DNA of 64,000 nucleotides from an uncultured Anaerolineales bacterium. Its GTDB lineage: Bacteria; Chloroflexota; Anaerolineae; UBA7937. The stretch spans positions 11,073-75,072 of the forward strand of contig CAYLIE010000001.1 in the NCBI GenBank assembly GCA_964383935.1, read 5' to 3'. Every line of letters starts with the position of its first letter. Positions within the stretch are counted from its first letter, which is position 1. Both the position numbers and the translations under genes were made by a program. Below the pieces are notes generated by a model. That model was not told the DNA's origin. It was given only the letters and a program-made list of their open reading frames with translations, and ran no database searches. Shown in pieces: positions 30,314 to 39,357 of this stretch.

Positions 30314-30409
30314 ATGAAATGGCGCACCGTCTACCTGAGAGCGCTATATGTGTTGCTCACCATCACAGCACTAGTGCTCGCCAGCGGCGCCGGCAGCAAG
30401 TGGAACTGA
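30314..30409 (+). CDS. small hydrophobic peptide (31 aa) in the leader of the HD-GYP gene
   Basis: AAAGGAG RBS 10 nt upstream. MKWRTVYLRALYVLLTITALVLASGAGSKWN*. The RBS lies in a 9-nt inverted repeat (GGGGAATCT...AGATTCCCC, 30271-30279 and 30302-30310). Hairpin GAGCCT-n7-AGGCTC overlaps the stop. Confidence 0.35.
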   Translation: MKWRTVYLRALYVLLTITALVLASGAGSKWN

Positions 30410-30499
30410 GCCTCCCTGGCAGGCTCTCACCGGCTCTTTCTTGCTGCCCAGGCGAGTCTCTTCATCAAGGTTGATAGTGGGCTAATATATGGTAAGATA

Positions 30500-30527
30500 G
30501 GAAGAGCCTCCAATGGGAGGCTCTTCC
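30500..30527 (+). promoter_or_regulatory. perfect 12-bp GC-rich hairpin 25 nt upstream of the HD-GYP gene start (attenuator/terminator-like)
   Basis: GGAAGAGCCTCC-aatg-GGAGGCTCTTCC followed by CTTTG. Confidence 0.5.
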
Positions 30528-30552
30528 CTTTGCCCAGTGGAGGGGAATCCCA

Positions 30553-31851
30553 GTGAGAGCCTTGCCCAGAGCCGCTAAACTATATATCGTTGCTCTAGTC
30601 CTTATAGCGGGCTTTATCATAGCCACCTCCATCCCGCTCTTGCCTACCACCCCCTCCGGGCTAGCCACCTTGGGCCTCTTTGCCCTCATGTTGTGCCTTG
30701 CTGATCTCCTTCCCATCGTTATGCTGGCAGAGAGGGGAGAGGTCGTCATGTCCACGGCTATTCAGATCGGTTCCATCATCCTCTTCGGGCCGGCTTTCGC
30801 CGCCTTCGCCACCATACTGGGTACCCTGGCCGCCGAGATCATCAGGCGAAGGGTTTGGTACAAGGCAGCCTTCAACGCGGCCCAGTTTGTTATCACGGTG
30901 GCTACCGCGGGCATCATATATATGGGCCTCGCCGATGAGACCCCCGCCCATTTGAACTCCTTGCCCGACTTGATGGCTCTCTTGGTAGCCGGGCTAGTCT
31001 ACTATTTTATGAACGATTCTCTGGTCGTAGTGGCAGTGGCTCTGGCGGAACACAGCCCTGTCCTAACGGTTTGGCGGACGGCTTTTAGAGATGTGGCTTG
31101 GCACAATGTGGCCATGATCCCTTTGGGGGCTATGTTCGCCCTTCTCTGGCAAATCCAGCCTTGGAGCGTTGTGCTGGCCATCCTCCCCGTGTTCGTCGTT
31201 CGCTCATCGATGGGGCTGGTGCGCCAGTTGCGGGATCAAACCAAAGAGGCCTTGATAGCCCTAGCGGACACCATCGACGCTAGGGATTCTAGCACCTACC
31301 AGCACTCCCAAAGAGTGGCTGAGTATGCGGAGATGATCGCCCGCCAGATGAGGCTCCCCTATGATGAAGTCGAACTGATCCTCACCTCCGCTCGGTTACA
31401 CGACCTGGGAAAGATAGGGATGGACAACGCGATGCTATACAAACCGGGTTCCCTTTCCAACGAGGAGCGGAGGAAATTCCAGCGGCATCCCTCTATCGGG
31501 GAGTCTCTGGTGGGGTATTTCCCCGCTTTCGGCGCCGGTCGCGACATCGTGCGTCATCATCATGAGCATTTTAATGGTAGGGGCTACCCTAACGGCAAGA
31601 AAGACGAGGAGATACCTCTAGGGGCCAGGATCCTGGCCGTGGCCGATGCCTACGACGCGATGATTTCGGATCGTCCCTACCGCCCGGCCATGTCCGAAGA
31701 GAAAGCGATAGCGGAACTGAAGGCTGGAAGCGGCACTCAATTCGATCCCCAAGTGGTGAAGGCATTCCTTTCGGTCCTAGAGGGAAAAGAACAAGAGAGG
31801 CGCGTAGCCCAGTCAAAATCGGAGGCTCTCTCTGAGGCTAGCGAGGTATGA
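30553..31851 (+). CDS. membrane-anchored HD-GYP domain c-di-GMP phosphodiesterase
   Basis: N-terminal multi-TM sensor region. HD motif 'RLHDLGKIG' and 'HHHEHFNGRGYPNG' (GYP). Confidence 0.8.
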   Translation: MRALPRAAKLYIVALVLIAGFIIATSIPLLPTTPSGLATLGLFALMLCLADLLPIVMLAERGEVVMSTAIQIGSIILFGPAFAAFATILGTLAAEIIRRRVWYKAAFNAAQFVITVATAGIIYMGLADETPAHLNSLPDLMALLVAGLVYYFMNDSLVVVAVALAEHSPVLTVWRTAFRDVAWHNVAMIPLGAMFALLWQIQPWSVVLAILPVFVVRSSMGLVRQLRDQTKEALIALADTIDARDSSTYQHSQRVAEYAEMIARQMRLPYDEVELILTSARLHDLGKIGMDNAMLYKPGSLSNEERRKFQRHPSIGESLVGYFPAFGAGRDIVRHHHEHFNGRGYPNGKKDEEIPLGARILAVADAYDAMISDRPYRPAMSEEKAIAELKAGSGTQFDPQVVKAFLSVLEGKEQERRVAQSKSEALSEASEV

Positions 31852-32783
31852 CTTTCTTTATCGTCGTCTCCATACTCGTCGCCCTGCTGAGGGGAGGGGG
31901 TCTCCTACGGCTGGGTGAACTCCGTCTCCGCCACGGCTACCTCATCCTCTTGGGACTAGCCTTGCAGTTGTTCGTCTTCTCCCCTCTCGGGGCTCGCTGG
32001 GAGCCTTGGATCGGCTACCTCTATCCAACCTCCTTGGCTCTCCTTCTCCTGGCCGTTGCCCTTAATCGGGATCTTCCGGGGATCAGGCTCCTCGGTTTAG
32101 GGCTTTTTTTTAACCTCTTGGTGATAGCGGCCAACGGCGGCCTCATGCCTATCTCCGTCGAGGCTGCGCGTCGGGCGAGACTCTTCGACGTGATAGCCAC
32201 GCTACAGGCTACGGGCCGCCACAGGCATATGGCTCTTATGGATGAGGGGACCAAACTTTGGTTTCTGGGGGATACCATCGTCTTGGGGTACCCCTTGCCT
32301 TCGGCCCAGGTCTTCAGTCCCGGCGACATCCTGGTGGCTCTGGGCGCTTTCATCTTCCTGCAATGGGCGATGCTGGGCCCCAACTGGCTGCCCCGTTACC
32401 TCCAGGAAGGGAAGCCGGTCGCCTATCTTCTCTCCTTAGGCCAGACCTCCTGGGTCAAGGGGGCTGCCATATTCGGCCTAGGGCTGCTTTTGGGTTGGCT
32501 GATTATAGGATGGGTTCTATGGCCGGTGGAGTACTGCGATACCGATCCTCCCGACCTTCGGCGGAATCACCAGGAGGTCTATATCTCGTTGGTGGCCGAC
32601 TCCTTTGGCCTTAATGGGGACGTACAACTGGCCAGAGAGCGGCTGCGAGATTTTAACGAAGAGGAGATAGGGGATATTATCTTGACTCTCTTGGAGAGGC
32701 AGGAGGAGGATCTTGCCAAAAGCCAAAGGCTCCGCGATCTGGCTCAGGCTCTCGCCTTGTCTCTAGCCCCTGGTGGGGAGTAG
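31848..32783 (+). CDS. DUF5317-like integral membrane protein with cytoplasmic C-terminal extension
   Basis: ATGA overlap with the HD-GYP stop. Multi-TM N-terminal region. Such membrane proteins are commonly paired with c-di-GMP enzymes. Confidence 0.45.
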   Translation: MTFFIVVSILVALLRGGGLLRLGELRLRHGYLILLGLALQLFVFSPLGARWEPWIGYLYPTSLALLLLAVALNRDLPGIRLLGLGLFFNLLVIAANGGLMPISVEAARRARLFDVIATLQATGRHRHMALMDEGTKLWFLGDTIVLGYPLPSAQVFSPGDILVALGAFIFLQWAMLGPNWLPRYLQEGKPVAYLLSLGQTSWVKGAAIFGLGLLLGWLIIGWVLWPVEYCDTDPPDLRRNHQEVYISLVADSFGLNGDVQLARERLRDFNEEEIGDIILTLLERQEEDLAKSQRLRDLAQALALSLAPGGE

Positions 32784-34919
32784 TTTTTCCATTTGGGCGA
32801 AGCTGACCAGAAGCCTTTTGGGCTTCATCCCCACGAAGGCCACCACTACTTCCTCATCGTCCCCTGCCAACTTACTGGAGACGACTACCCCCTCTCCGAA
32901 TTGAGGGTGGCGGACTTTGTCGCCAGGATTGAACTGGCGCACTTCCACAGCCGCGGGACCCCTTGGAAGCCAAGTCGCGCGCTCATATTCGGTGCTTCCC
33001 CTCACTAACTGAGGGGGGATGTCGAGGAGGAAGCGGGAAGGGGTATTCACTTGGGAGAGGCCTCGCAAGGTGCGACGGAAGGTGTGGATCAGGTAAAGCC
33101 GTTCCTTGGCCCGGGTGATCCCCACGTAACAGAGGCGACGTTCTTCCTCCATCGCTTCCCGATCATCGAAGGAGCGGCTGTGAGGGAGGACCCCTTCCTC
33201 CAAGCCCACGATGAAGACCACCGGGAACTCCAGCCCTTTGGCCATGTGGAGGGTGAGGAAAGTGGGGGCGTTAGCCCGCTCATCATAGTTGTCTACATCG
33301 GAGACCAGAGCCACCTCTTCCAAGAAGGTCGTCAACCCCACCTGGGGAGCGAGATCGGCGTACTCGCTGGCTACGCTCCGCAACTCCATCACGTTATTCC
33401 ATCGCTCTTCGCCTTGCTCTGTGCCGTCCCTTACATACTCGGCGTATCCTGTCCTCTCCAAAATGAGATCGAAAAGTTCAAGGAGATCTAACCTCAGGCC
33501 GGCATCGACTAGCTCCTCTAGGAGATTGGCGAATCCTGAGAGGATGCGCTTACTGCGAGGGTGAAAGGGTGTCTCCTCTTTCTCCCGTCCTTCGGATAGC
33601 CGACCTAGGGCGGTGTGTATAGGGACCCCTAGCCGGTTAGACCACACCATAAGTTGCTCTAGAGTCTTTTTCCCTATAGCCCTGCGGGGCACATTGATGA
33701 TCCGTAACAGGCTAAGAGCGTCATAAGGGTTATGGACGAGGCGCAGGTAGGCGATGATATCCTTCACCTCCCGCCGCTCGTAGAACCTGGTGGCCCCCAC
33801 CAGACGGTAGGGCACGCCAGCCCGCACGAAGGCGTCCTCTAGGGCCCGAGATTGGGCGTTGGTACGATACATAACCGCGCAGTCGCCGAGATCGCATACC
33901 CCTCGTGCTTCCAACCGTTGTATCTCGCCCAGGACGTATTGGGCCTCCTCTTCCTCGTCGTAGGCCTCGATGATGGTGAGGGGGAGACCACACTCTTCCT
34001 CTGTCCAGAGCCTCTTCTCCACCCGCGCCTCATTTTTGGAGATGACCGCGTGGGCTGCGTCCAAGATGTTCTGGGTGGAGCGGTAGTTCTGTTCCAGGAG
34101 GATGATCTTCGCCTCTGGGAAGTCCTTCCGAAAACGGCGGACATTGCGGAAATCGGCCCCCCGCCAGGTGTAGATGCTCTGGTCCTCATCCCCTACTGCA
34201 AAGAGGTTCCGGTGCTCTAAGGTCAAGAGTTTCACCAGTTCATATTGAACCATATTTGTATCCTGGAATTCGTCCACCAGGACATGTTGGTAGCGCCTTC
34301 GGTACTTATCCAGAACATCTCCCTCATTTCGAAAAAGATCTACGGTCTTGGTGAGAAGGTCATCGAAATCTAGGGCGTTGTTTGTGGCCAAGAGTTCCTG
34401 ATAACGGTGGTAGACTCTCCTTGCTATCTCATGCCAGTAGGTGGGAGAGGGGAAAGCGGAAGGGGGGATCAGTTCGCACTTGGCGTGGGAGATGGCGGCC
34501 AGGAGCGCTCTGGGGCGATAGCTCTTCTTGTCGAGCCCTAATTCATCTATCGCTTCGGCTACTAGGTTAGCCTGGTCGTTCTCGTCATAGATGACAAAAC
34601 TTCTCTCTATCCCTGCTCGTTCGCTCTCCCGGCGGAGGATGCGGACACAGGTGGCGTGAAAAGTGCCTATCGTTATCTCCCGAAGCCCATGGCCCAGGAG
34701 TTGGAAGAGACGCTCTTTCATCTCTCGGGCCGCCTTATTGGTAAAGGTAACGGCCAAGAGGTGGTAGGGTTTTACGCCTCGCTCCTTGACCAGATAAGCC
34801 ACTCGATGAGTAAGCACCCGGGTCTTGCCGCTGCCCGGCCCCGCCACCACTAAGATGGGTCCCTCAGGGCCTTCTACAGCCTGGCGTTGAGCGGGGTTAA
34901 GACCTTCCAAGATATTCAT
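32763..34919 (-). CDS. pcrA: ATP-dependent DNA helicase PcrA/UvrD
   Basis: Motif I 'AGPGSGKTRVLTHRVAYLV', UvrD motifs throughout and a C-terminal Tudor-like tail. 718 aa. Confidence 0.85.
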   Translation of the reverse strand: MNILEGLNPAQRQAVEGPEGPILVVAGPGSGKTRVLTHRVAYLVKERGVKPYHLLAVTFTNKAAREMKERLFQLLGHGLREITIGTFHATCVRILRRESERAGIERSFVIYDENDQANLVAEAIDELGLDKKSYRPRALLAAISHAKCELIPPSAFPSPTYWHEIARRVYHRYQELLATNNALDFDDLLTKTVDLFRNEGDVLDKYRRRYQHVLVDEFQDTNMVQYELVKLLTLEHRNLFAVGDEDQSIYTWRGADFRNVRRFRKDFPEAKIILLEQNYRSTQNILDAAHAVISKNEARVEKRLWTEEECGLPLTIIEAYDEEEEAQYVLGEIQRLEARGVCDLGDCAVMYRTNAQSRALEDAFVRAGVPYRLVGATRFYERREVKDIIAYLRLVHNPYDALSLLRIINVPRRAIGKKTLEQLMVWSNRLGVPIHTALGRLSEGREKEETPFHPRSKRILSGFANLLEELVDAGLRLDLLELFDLILERTGYAEYVRDGTEQGEERWNNVMELRSVASEYADLAPQVGLTTFLEEVALVSDVDNYDERANAPTFLTLHMAKGLEFPVVFIVGLEEGVLPHSRSFDDREAMEEERRLCYVGITRAKERLYLIHTFRRTLRGLSQVNTPSRFLLDIPPQLVRGSTEYERATWLPRGPAAVEVRQFNPGDKVRHPQFGEGVVVSSKLAGDDEEVVVAFVGMKPKRLLVSFAQMEKLLPTRG

Positions 34920-34959
34920 ATTTTCATTTTATCACCTTTCGTCCTCCCTGGCCAAAGGT

Positions 34960-34988
34960 TTGACAAAGAGCCATTCGAGGGCTATAAT
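34960..34988 (+). promoter_or_regulatory. perfect-consensus sigma70 promoter for the lysE-like gene
   Basis: TTGACA (34960-65), 17 nt, TATAAT (34983-88). Confidence 0.6.
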
Positions 34989-35037
34989 CTCCCAAACCTC
35001 CCGTTATATGAAATCGCGCTCTACCCCGAGAGAGAGA

Positions 35038-35654
35038 TGGAGATCGGTTTCCTGCTTAGAGGGTTCATCATCGGTTTCTCAATTGCTGCCCCTGTCGGGC
35101 CCATCGGTGTGTTATGCATACGTCGCACATTGGCTGAAGGTCGCACCTCTGGTCTCGTCTCTGGTCTGGGGGCTGCCACGGCTGATGCCATCTATGGCTG
35201 CATTGCTGGATTCGGTCTGACCTTCATTTCGAGCAGCTTAATCAGTGGACAAGTATGGCTTCGCCTTATCGGCGGTATGTTTCTCTGTTATCTGGGCCTC
35301 AAGACCTTCCTGGCTCGGCCTGCTCAGCAAGCGGCCTCAGCCAAAGGAGATGGGCTCCTTGGTGCCTATGCCTCAACTTTTTTCCTGACGCTCACAAATC
35401 CGATGAGCATCTTTGCTTTTGCGGCGATAGTTGCCGGGTTGGGGGTGGCAAGCGCAAGTGGGAACTATCTCTCTGTGGGAGTATTTGTCTTAGGTGTATT
35501 TATCGGCTCAACCCTATGGTGGCTTATCCTAAGCGGTGGTGTCGGCGTGTTTCGGGCAAAGTTCAGCCCTCATGGGTTGCGGTGGGTGAACAGGATTTCA
35601 GGCGTAATCATCACGGGGTTTGGTTTGCTTGCGCTCCTGAGTCTGAGAGTATGA
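35038..35654 (+). CDS. LysE/RhtB-family amino acid exporter
   Basis: 205 aa from MEIGFLLRGFIIGFSIAAPVGPIGVL. Six TM segments typical of LysE translocators. GC about 50%. Confidence 0.75.
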
Positions 35655-35674
35655 GAGCACAACTTCATATAGTA

Positions 35675-35785
35675 GTGGCGTGTTTGCGGTCCGTCCCGCT
35701 GAAAGCGGGGCTCACCCGAATCTCGCTTTGCGGGGCTTCGCAAACACGCAGGTCGACAGGTTTGGCGTTCCTTTTCTTTGGCCAC
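35675..35785. repeat. nested inverted-repeat element between lysE and the adenine deaminase gene
   Basis: Outer GTGGC...GCCAC. 11-nt perfect inverted repeat GCGTGTTTGCG (35678-88) / CGCAAACACGC (35739-49) enclosing hairpin CCCGCT-gaa-AGCGGG and a GCGGGGCT direct repeat. Confidence 0.45.
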
Positions 35786-35965
35786 TGGCGGGGCGATCTC
35801 TATCGATGGGTAGTCAATCAACTACTCTTCTAAGGAGAGCCCATGGCGACTGAACTGGCATGCCCAGCCCTCTATAAAGTGTCGTCTCGGACACCATATA
35901 CCCCATGCTACAGCATCGGTATGGGGTCTTGATATAAAGGACCTTCAAGGGCGAAGGAGGCGAAA

Positions 35966-37675
35966 ATGGAACTCGACCAGCTGATCAAAGTGGCGCGCGG
36001 CGAAGAGAAGGCCGACCTGCTTCTCAGGAACGCCCAACTAGTGAACGTCCTCTCTGGGGAGATCCATGAGGCTGACGTGGCTCTCTTCGGTAGTTTGATC
36101 GTGGGCCTGGGGGCTTACGAGGCCCGGGAGGTAATAGACTTGGAGGGCGATTATCTCTCTCCCGGCCTCATCGACGGCCACGTACACATCGAGAGTGCCA
36201 TGATCCGCGTCCCCGAGTTCGCCAGGGCGGTGGTGCCCCATGGGACTACTACGGTGGTGATCGACCCCCATGAGATCGCCAACGTTATGGGCCTGGACGG
36301 CATAAGATATATGCTGGAATCGAGCAAGCATAACCCCTTAAGCGTTTATGTAATGGTGCCTTCCTGTGTCCCCTCTACGGAGATGGAGACGGCAGGGTCT
36401 CACCTTACGGCCTATGATATATGGCCCCTCTTGAGCGATGAATGGGTTTTGGGGGTGGCGGAGATGATGAACTACCCCGGCGTGTTAGAGAGGGAGCCAG
36501 ATGTCTTGGAGAAGATAAGGATCGGTCAGCATAGTCGTATAGACGGACACGCTCCACGCCTCACCGGTCGAGATCTGAACGCTTATGTGGCGACTGGTAT
36601 CTCCTCCGATCACGAATGCACTACCCTGGAGGAAGCGCGGGAGAAGTTACGCCTGGGGATGTATATCATGATCCGGGAGGGGAGTGTGGCCAGGAATTTG
36701 GAGGCCCTACTCCCCTTAGTAACCCCGAAAAACGCTGGACAATTCATGTTTGTGAGCGATGACCTCCTTCCCGGGGACCTTTTGGACGAGGGGCATATCG
36801 ATCATATAATCCGGAAGGCGGTCGGTTTGGGACTTGACCCCCTCCTCGCCATTCAGTTAGCCACCATAAACACCGCTCGGTACTTCGGTTTGAATGATCG
36901 AGGGGCCGTCTCCCCCGGCTACAGGGCTGATCTGGTGGTCTTCGACAACTTCCAAGATCTCAACATCAAGAAGGTCTTCCGGGGAGGTCAACTGGTAGCC
37001 CAAGATGGACAACTCATGCCCGGGGTCTTTGCGCCTCGGGAGGTGCCCTTGCGGAGTTCCATCAATGTGGCCAGGATATACCTAGAAGATTTCCAGATAA
37101 AGGCGGAGGGCAAGCGGGCTAGGGTAATCGGGCTGACTCCCCAGCAAGTGGTGACCCAGAGATTGGTGGAGGAGGTGAGGATAGAGGATGGCCTGGCGGT
37201 GGCCGATGTGGGGCGAGACATTCTCAAGTTAGCGGTCGTCGAAAGGCATCAAGCCTCAGGGAGCATAGGGTTGGGCTTTGTCAAGGGGTTCGGCCTCCAG
37301 CGAGGGGCTCTGGCCTCCTCCGTGGCTCACGACTCCCATAATATCATAGTGGTAGGGACTAGCGATGCCGATATGCTCAAGGCGGCGGTGGAGATCGTGA
37401 AGATGCGCGGGGGGTTAGTCGTAGCGGCTGACGGTGAGGTGCTAGCCACCCTTCCTTTGCCTATCGCCGGGCTCATGTCTGACAAGTCGATCGAGGAGAC
37501 GAGGACTGAACTGGATGAATTAGAGACTGCGGCCCAGGGTCTGGGCTGTCAGGTGGATAGCCCCTTCATGGCCATGTCGTTCTTGGCCCTTCCCGTCATC
37601 CCCGAACTCAAGTTGACAGACAAGGGGCTAGTGGATGTGACCCAGTTCAAGATAGTCTCTCTGTTTGAGGAGTAG
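35966..37675 (+). CDS. ade: adenine deaminase
   Basis: RBS GAAGGAGG. SPGLIDGHVHIES amidohydrolase metal-binding motif. 569 aa. Confidence 0.85.
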   Translation: MELDQLIKVARGEEKADLLLRNAQLVNVLSGEIHEADVALFGSLIVGLGAYEAREVIDLEGDYLSPGLIDGHVHIESAMIRVPEFARAVVPHGTTTVVIDPHEIANVMGLDGIRYMLESSKHNPLSVYVMVPSCVPSTEMETAGSHLTAYDIWPLLSDEWVLGVAEMMNYPGVLEREPDVLEKIRIGQHSRIDGHAPRLTGRDLNAYVATGISSDHECTTLEEAREKLRLGMYIMIREGSVARNLEALLPLVTPKNAGQFMFVSDDLLPGDLLDEGHIDHIIRKAVGLGLDPLLAIQLATINTARYFGLNDRGAVSPGYRADLVVFDNFQDLNIKKVFRGGQLVAQDGQLMPGVFAPREVPLRSSINVARIYLEDFQIKAEGKRARVIGLTPQQVVTQRLVEEVRIEDGLAVADVGRDILKLAVVERHQASGSIGLGFVKGFGLQRGALASSVAHDSHNIIVVGTSDADMLKAAVEIVKMRGGLVVAADGEVLATLPLPIAGLMSDKSIEETRTELDELETAAQGLGCQVDSPFMAMSFLALPVIPELKLTDKGLVDVTQFKIVSLFEE

Positions 37676-37693
37676 GCAAGGGTTGTCTATCTT

Positions 37694-38337
37694 TTAAGTT
37701 ATGCTTGCTGGGCAGTTATAGCCTGTGAAACCTATACAGGCTTCAAGAGGAGTGGCGGGTGCTTTTACCCCTACCCTCTTTAAGGCTGTGTAGAGGTGGC
37801 ACAACGGCAACCCCATGACGTTGGCGTAGCACCCCTTCACCTTAGCCACCGGTCGAAACTCCTTATCTTGTATAGCATAACCTCCTGCTTTATCGAAAGG
37901 CTCCCCTCGCCCTATATAGCGCGTTATCTCCTCCTGGGAATAGTCCCTCATCCATACTTGCGTATCGGCCACTTCCTCTCTTTTCTCTCTTGTGGCCGCA
38001 TTGAGAACTATCACGCCGCTGATAACCCGATGCTTCTTCCCCCTCAGCGCCTCTAGGACGGCCACTGCTTCGTCTCCATCCCCTGGCTTTCCCAGGATCT
38101 TATCCCCTAGTATGACCAGGGTGTCGGCGGCCACGATGACAGCCTCCGGGTGGCTCATTGCCGCTTTTTGAGCCTTGGCGGAGGCCAGACGCAAAGCGGT
38201 GCTCTTCGGGTTTTCCCCCTCCAAGGGGGTCTCTTCTACTTGGGGATCGACCACCTGAAAGGGCAGGCCCAAGAGGGCGAAGAGTTCCTTTCGCCGGGGT
38301 GAACTGGAGGCTAAAACTATCATTGATTTCTCGACCA
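37694..38337 (-). CDS. maf: Maf-family nucleoside triphosphate pyrophosphatase
   Basis: MVEKSMIVLASSSPRRKEL...VIVAADTLV...YIGRGEPFDKAGGYAIQ. ORF extends to 38365; start here set at the Maf-typical position. Confidence 0.75.
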
Positions 38338-38528
38338 TGCCTCTTATTGTATCCTCTTTTGGCATTTCCTCAAAGGGTGGTATACTTGATATCGTGATAT
38401 ACCCAACCCTCTCTTGAAGGAGAAGAACGAACTCGATTTCGGCTCCCTGGAGCCCGGTGATCTCTTGTTAGTGGCCAACCCCACCGAATTCTTGCGGCTC
38501 GTTGTTATAGAATAGATAGGAGGCTCAC

Positions 38529-39353
38529 ATGCCGGTCATAGATTTTCACCTGCACCCCGTGAAATACGAGACCTATCAGCCCGGGGCTAAGGGTTATCTG
38601 GAGTCGGTCATCGGCGAGGATCTGGAGGGGTATATCGAACGGATGGCTACCCCCGAGGCAGTAGTGGAGATGCTGGAGGAGAGCGGAGTGGATTATGCCG
38701 TAGTCTTGGCGGAACTGAGCCCCATCACCACGGGTATGATGAGCAATGAAACGATAGCGGAGTTCTGCCAGGCATCGGAACGGCTCATCCCTTTCGCCAA
38801 CATCAACCCCTATCTGGTGGCCAGCCCGGCGGAGGAACTGGAACGGTGTGTGAAGGGAGTTGGCTTCCGGGGCCTGAAACTCTACCCTACCTATCAGCAT
38901 TTCTACCCTAACGAGAGTGCGCTCTACCCTCTCTATGCCCGGGCTGAGGAACTGGGGATACCGGTGATGATCCACACCGGCTCTTCTGCTTTCCGCGGAT
39001 CGCGGCTAAAATACGGCGATCCCCTCTTCATAGACGACGTGGCCGTGGATTTCCCTAACCTAGTGCTCATCCAGGTGCATAGTGGCCGAGGCTTCTGGTA
39101 CGACCGGGCTCTCTTTTTAGCCCGGCTCCATGAAAACGTCTATATGGAGATAGCCGGGCTGCCGCCTCAGAAACTTTTAACCTACTTCCCTGATCTGGAG
39201 AGGAACTCGGCAAAAGTGCTCTTCGGCTCCGACTGGCCGGGGGTGAAAAGCATCAAAGCCAATATCGAGGCCCTGAGAGCCTTGCCCATAAGCGAGGAGG
39301 CCAAGAGAAAGATATTGGGGGGAAACGCGGCTCGGATTCTGGGAGTTGAGTAG
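38529..39353 (+). CDS. amidohydrolase-2 (TIM-barrel metal-dependent hydrolase) family protein
   Basis: MPVIDFHLHPV...IHTG...GSDWP pattern of PF04909-type hydrolases. 274 aa. Confidence 0.7.
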   Translation: MPVIDFHLHPVKYETYQPGAKGYLESVIGEDLEGYIERMATPEAVVEMLEESGVDYAVVLAELSPITTGMMSNETIAEFCQASERLIPFANINPYLVASPAEELERCVKGVGFRGLKLYPTYQHFYPNESALYPLYARAEELGIPVMIHTGSSAFRGSRLKYGDPLFIDDVAVDFPNLVLIQVHSGRGFWYDRALFLARLHENVYMEIAGLPPQKLLTYFPDLERNSAKVLFGSDWPGVKSIKANIEALRALPISEEAKRKILGGNAARILGVE

Positions 39354-39357
39354 GTCT

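Noticed and set aside
32763-34919. UvrD-like helicase as the GajB partner of the OLD nuclease (Gabija)
   Set aside because: It is 20 kb away, in the high-GC core, with housekeeping PcrA features. It is not adjacent to the OLD gene.
35834-35965. Possible purine riboswitch upstream of adenine deaminase
   Set aside because: Local hairpins exist but the purine-aptamer conserved junction sequences are not matched.
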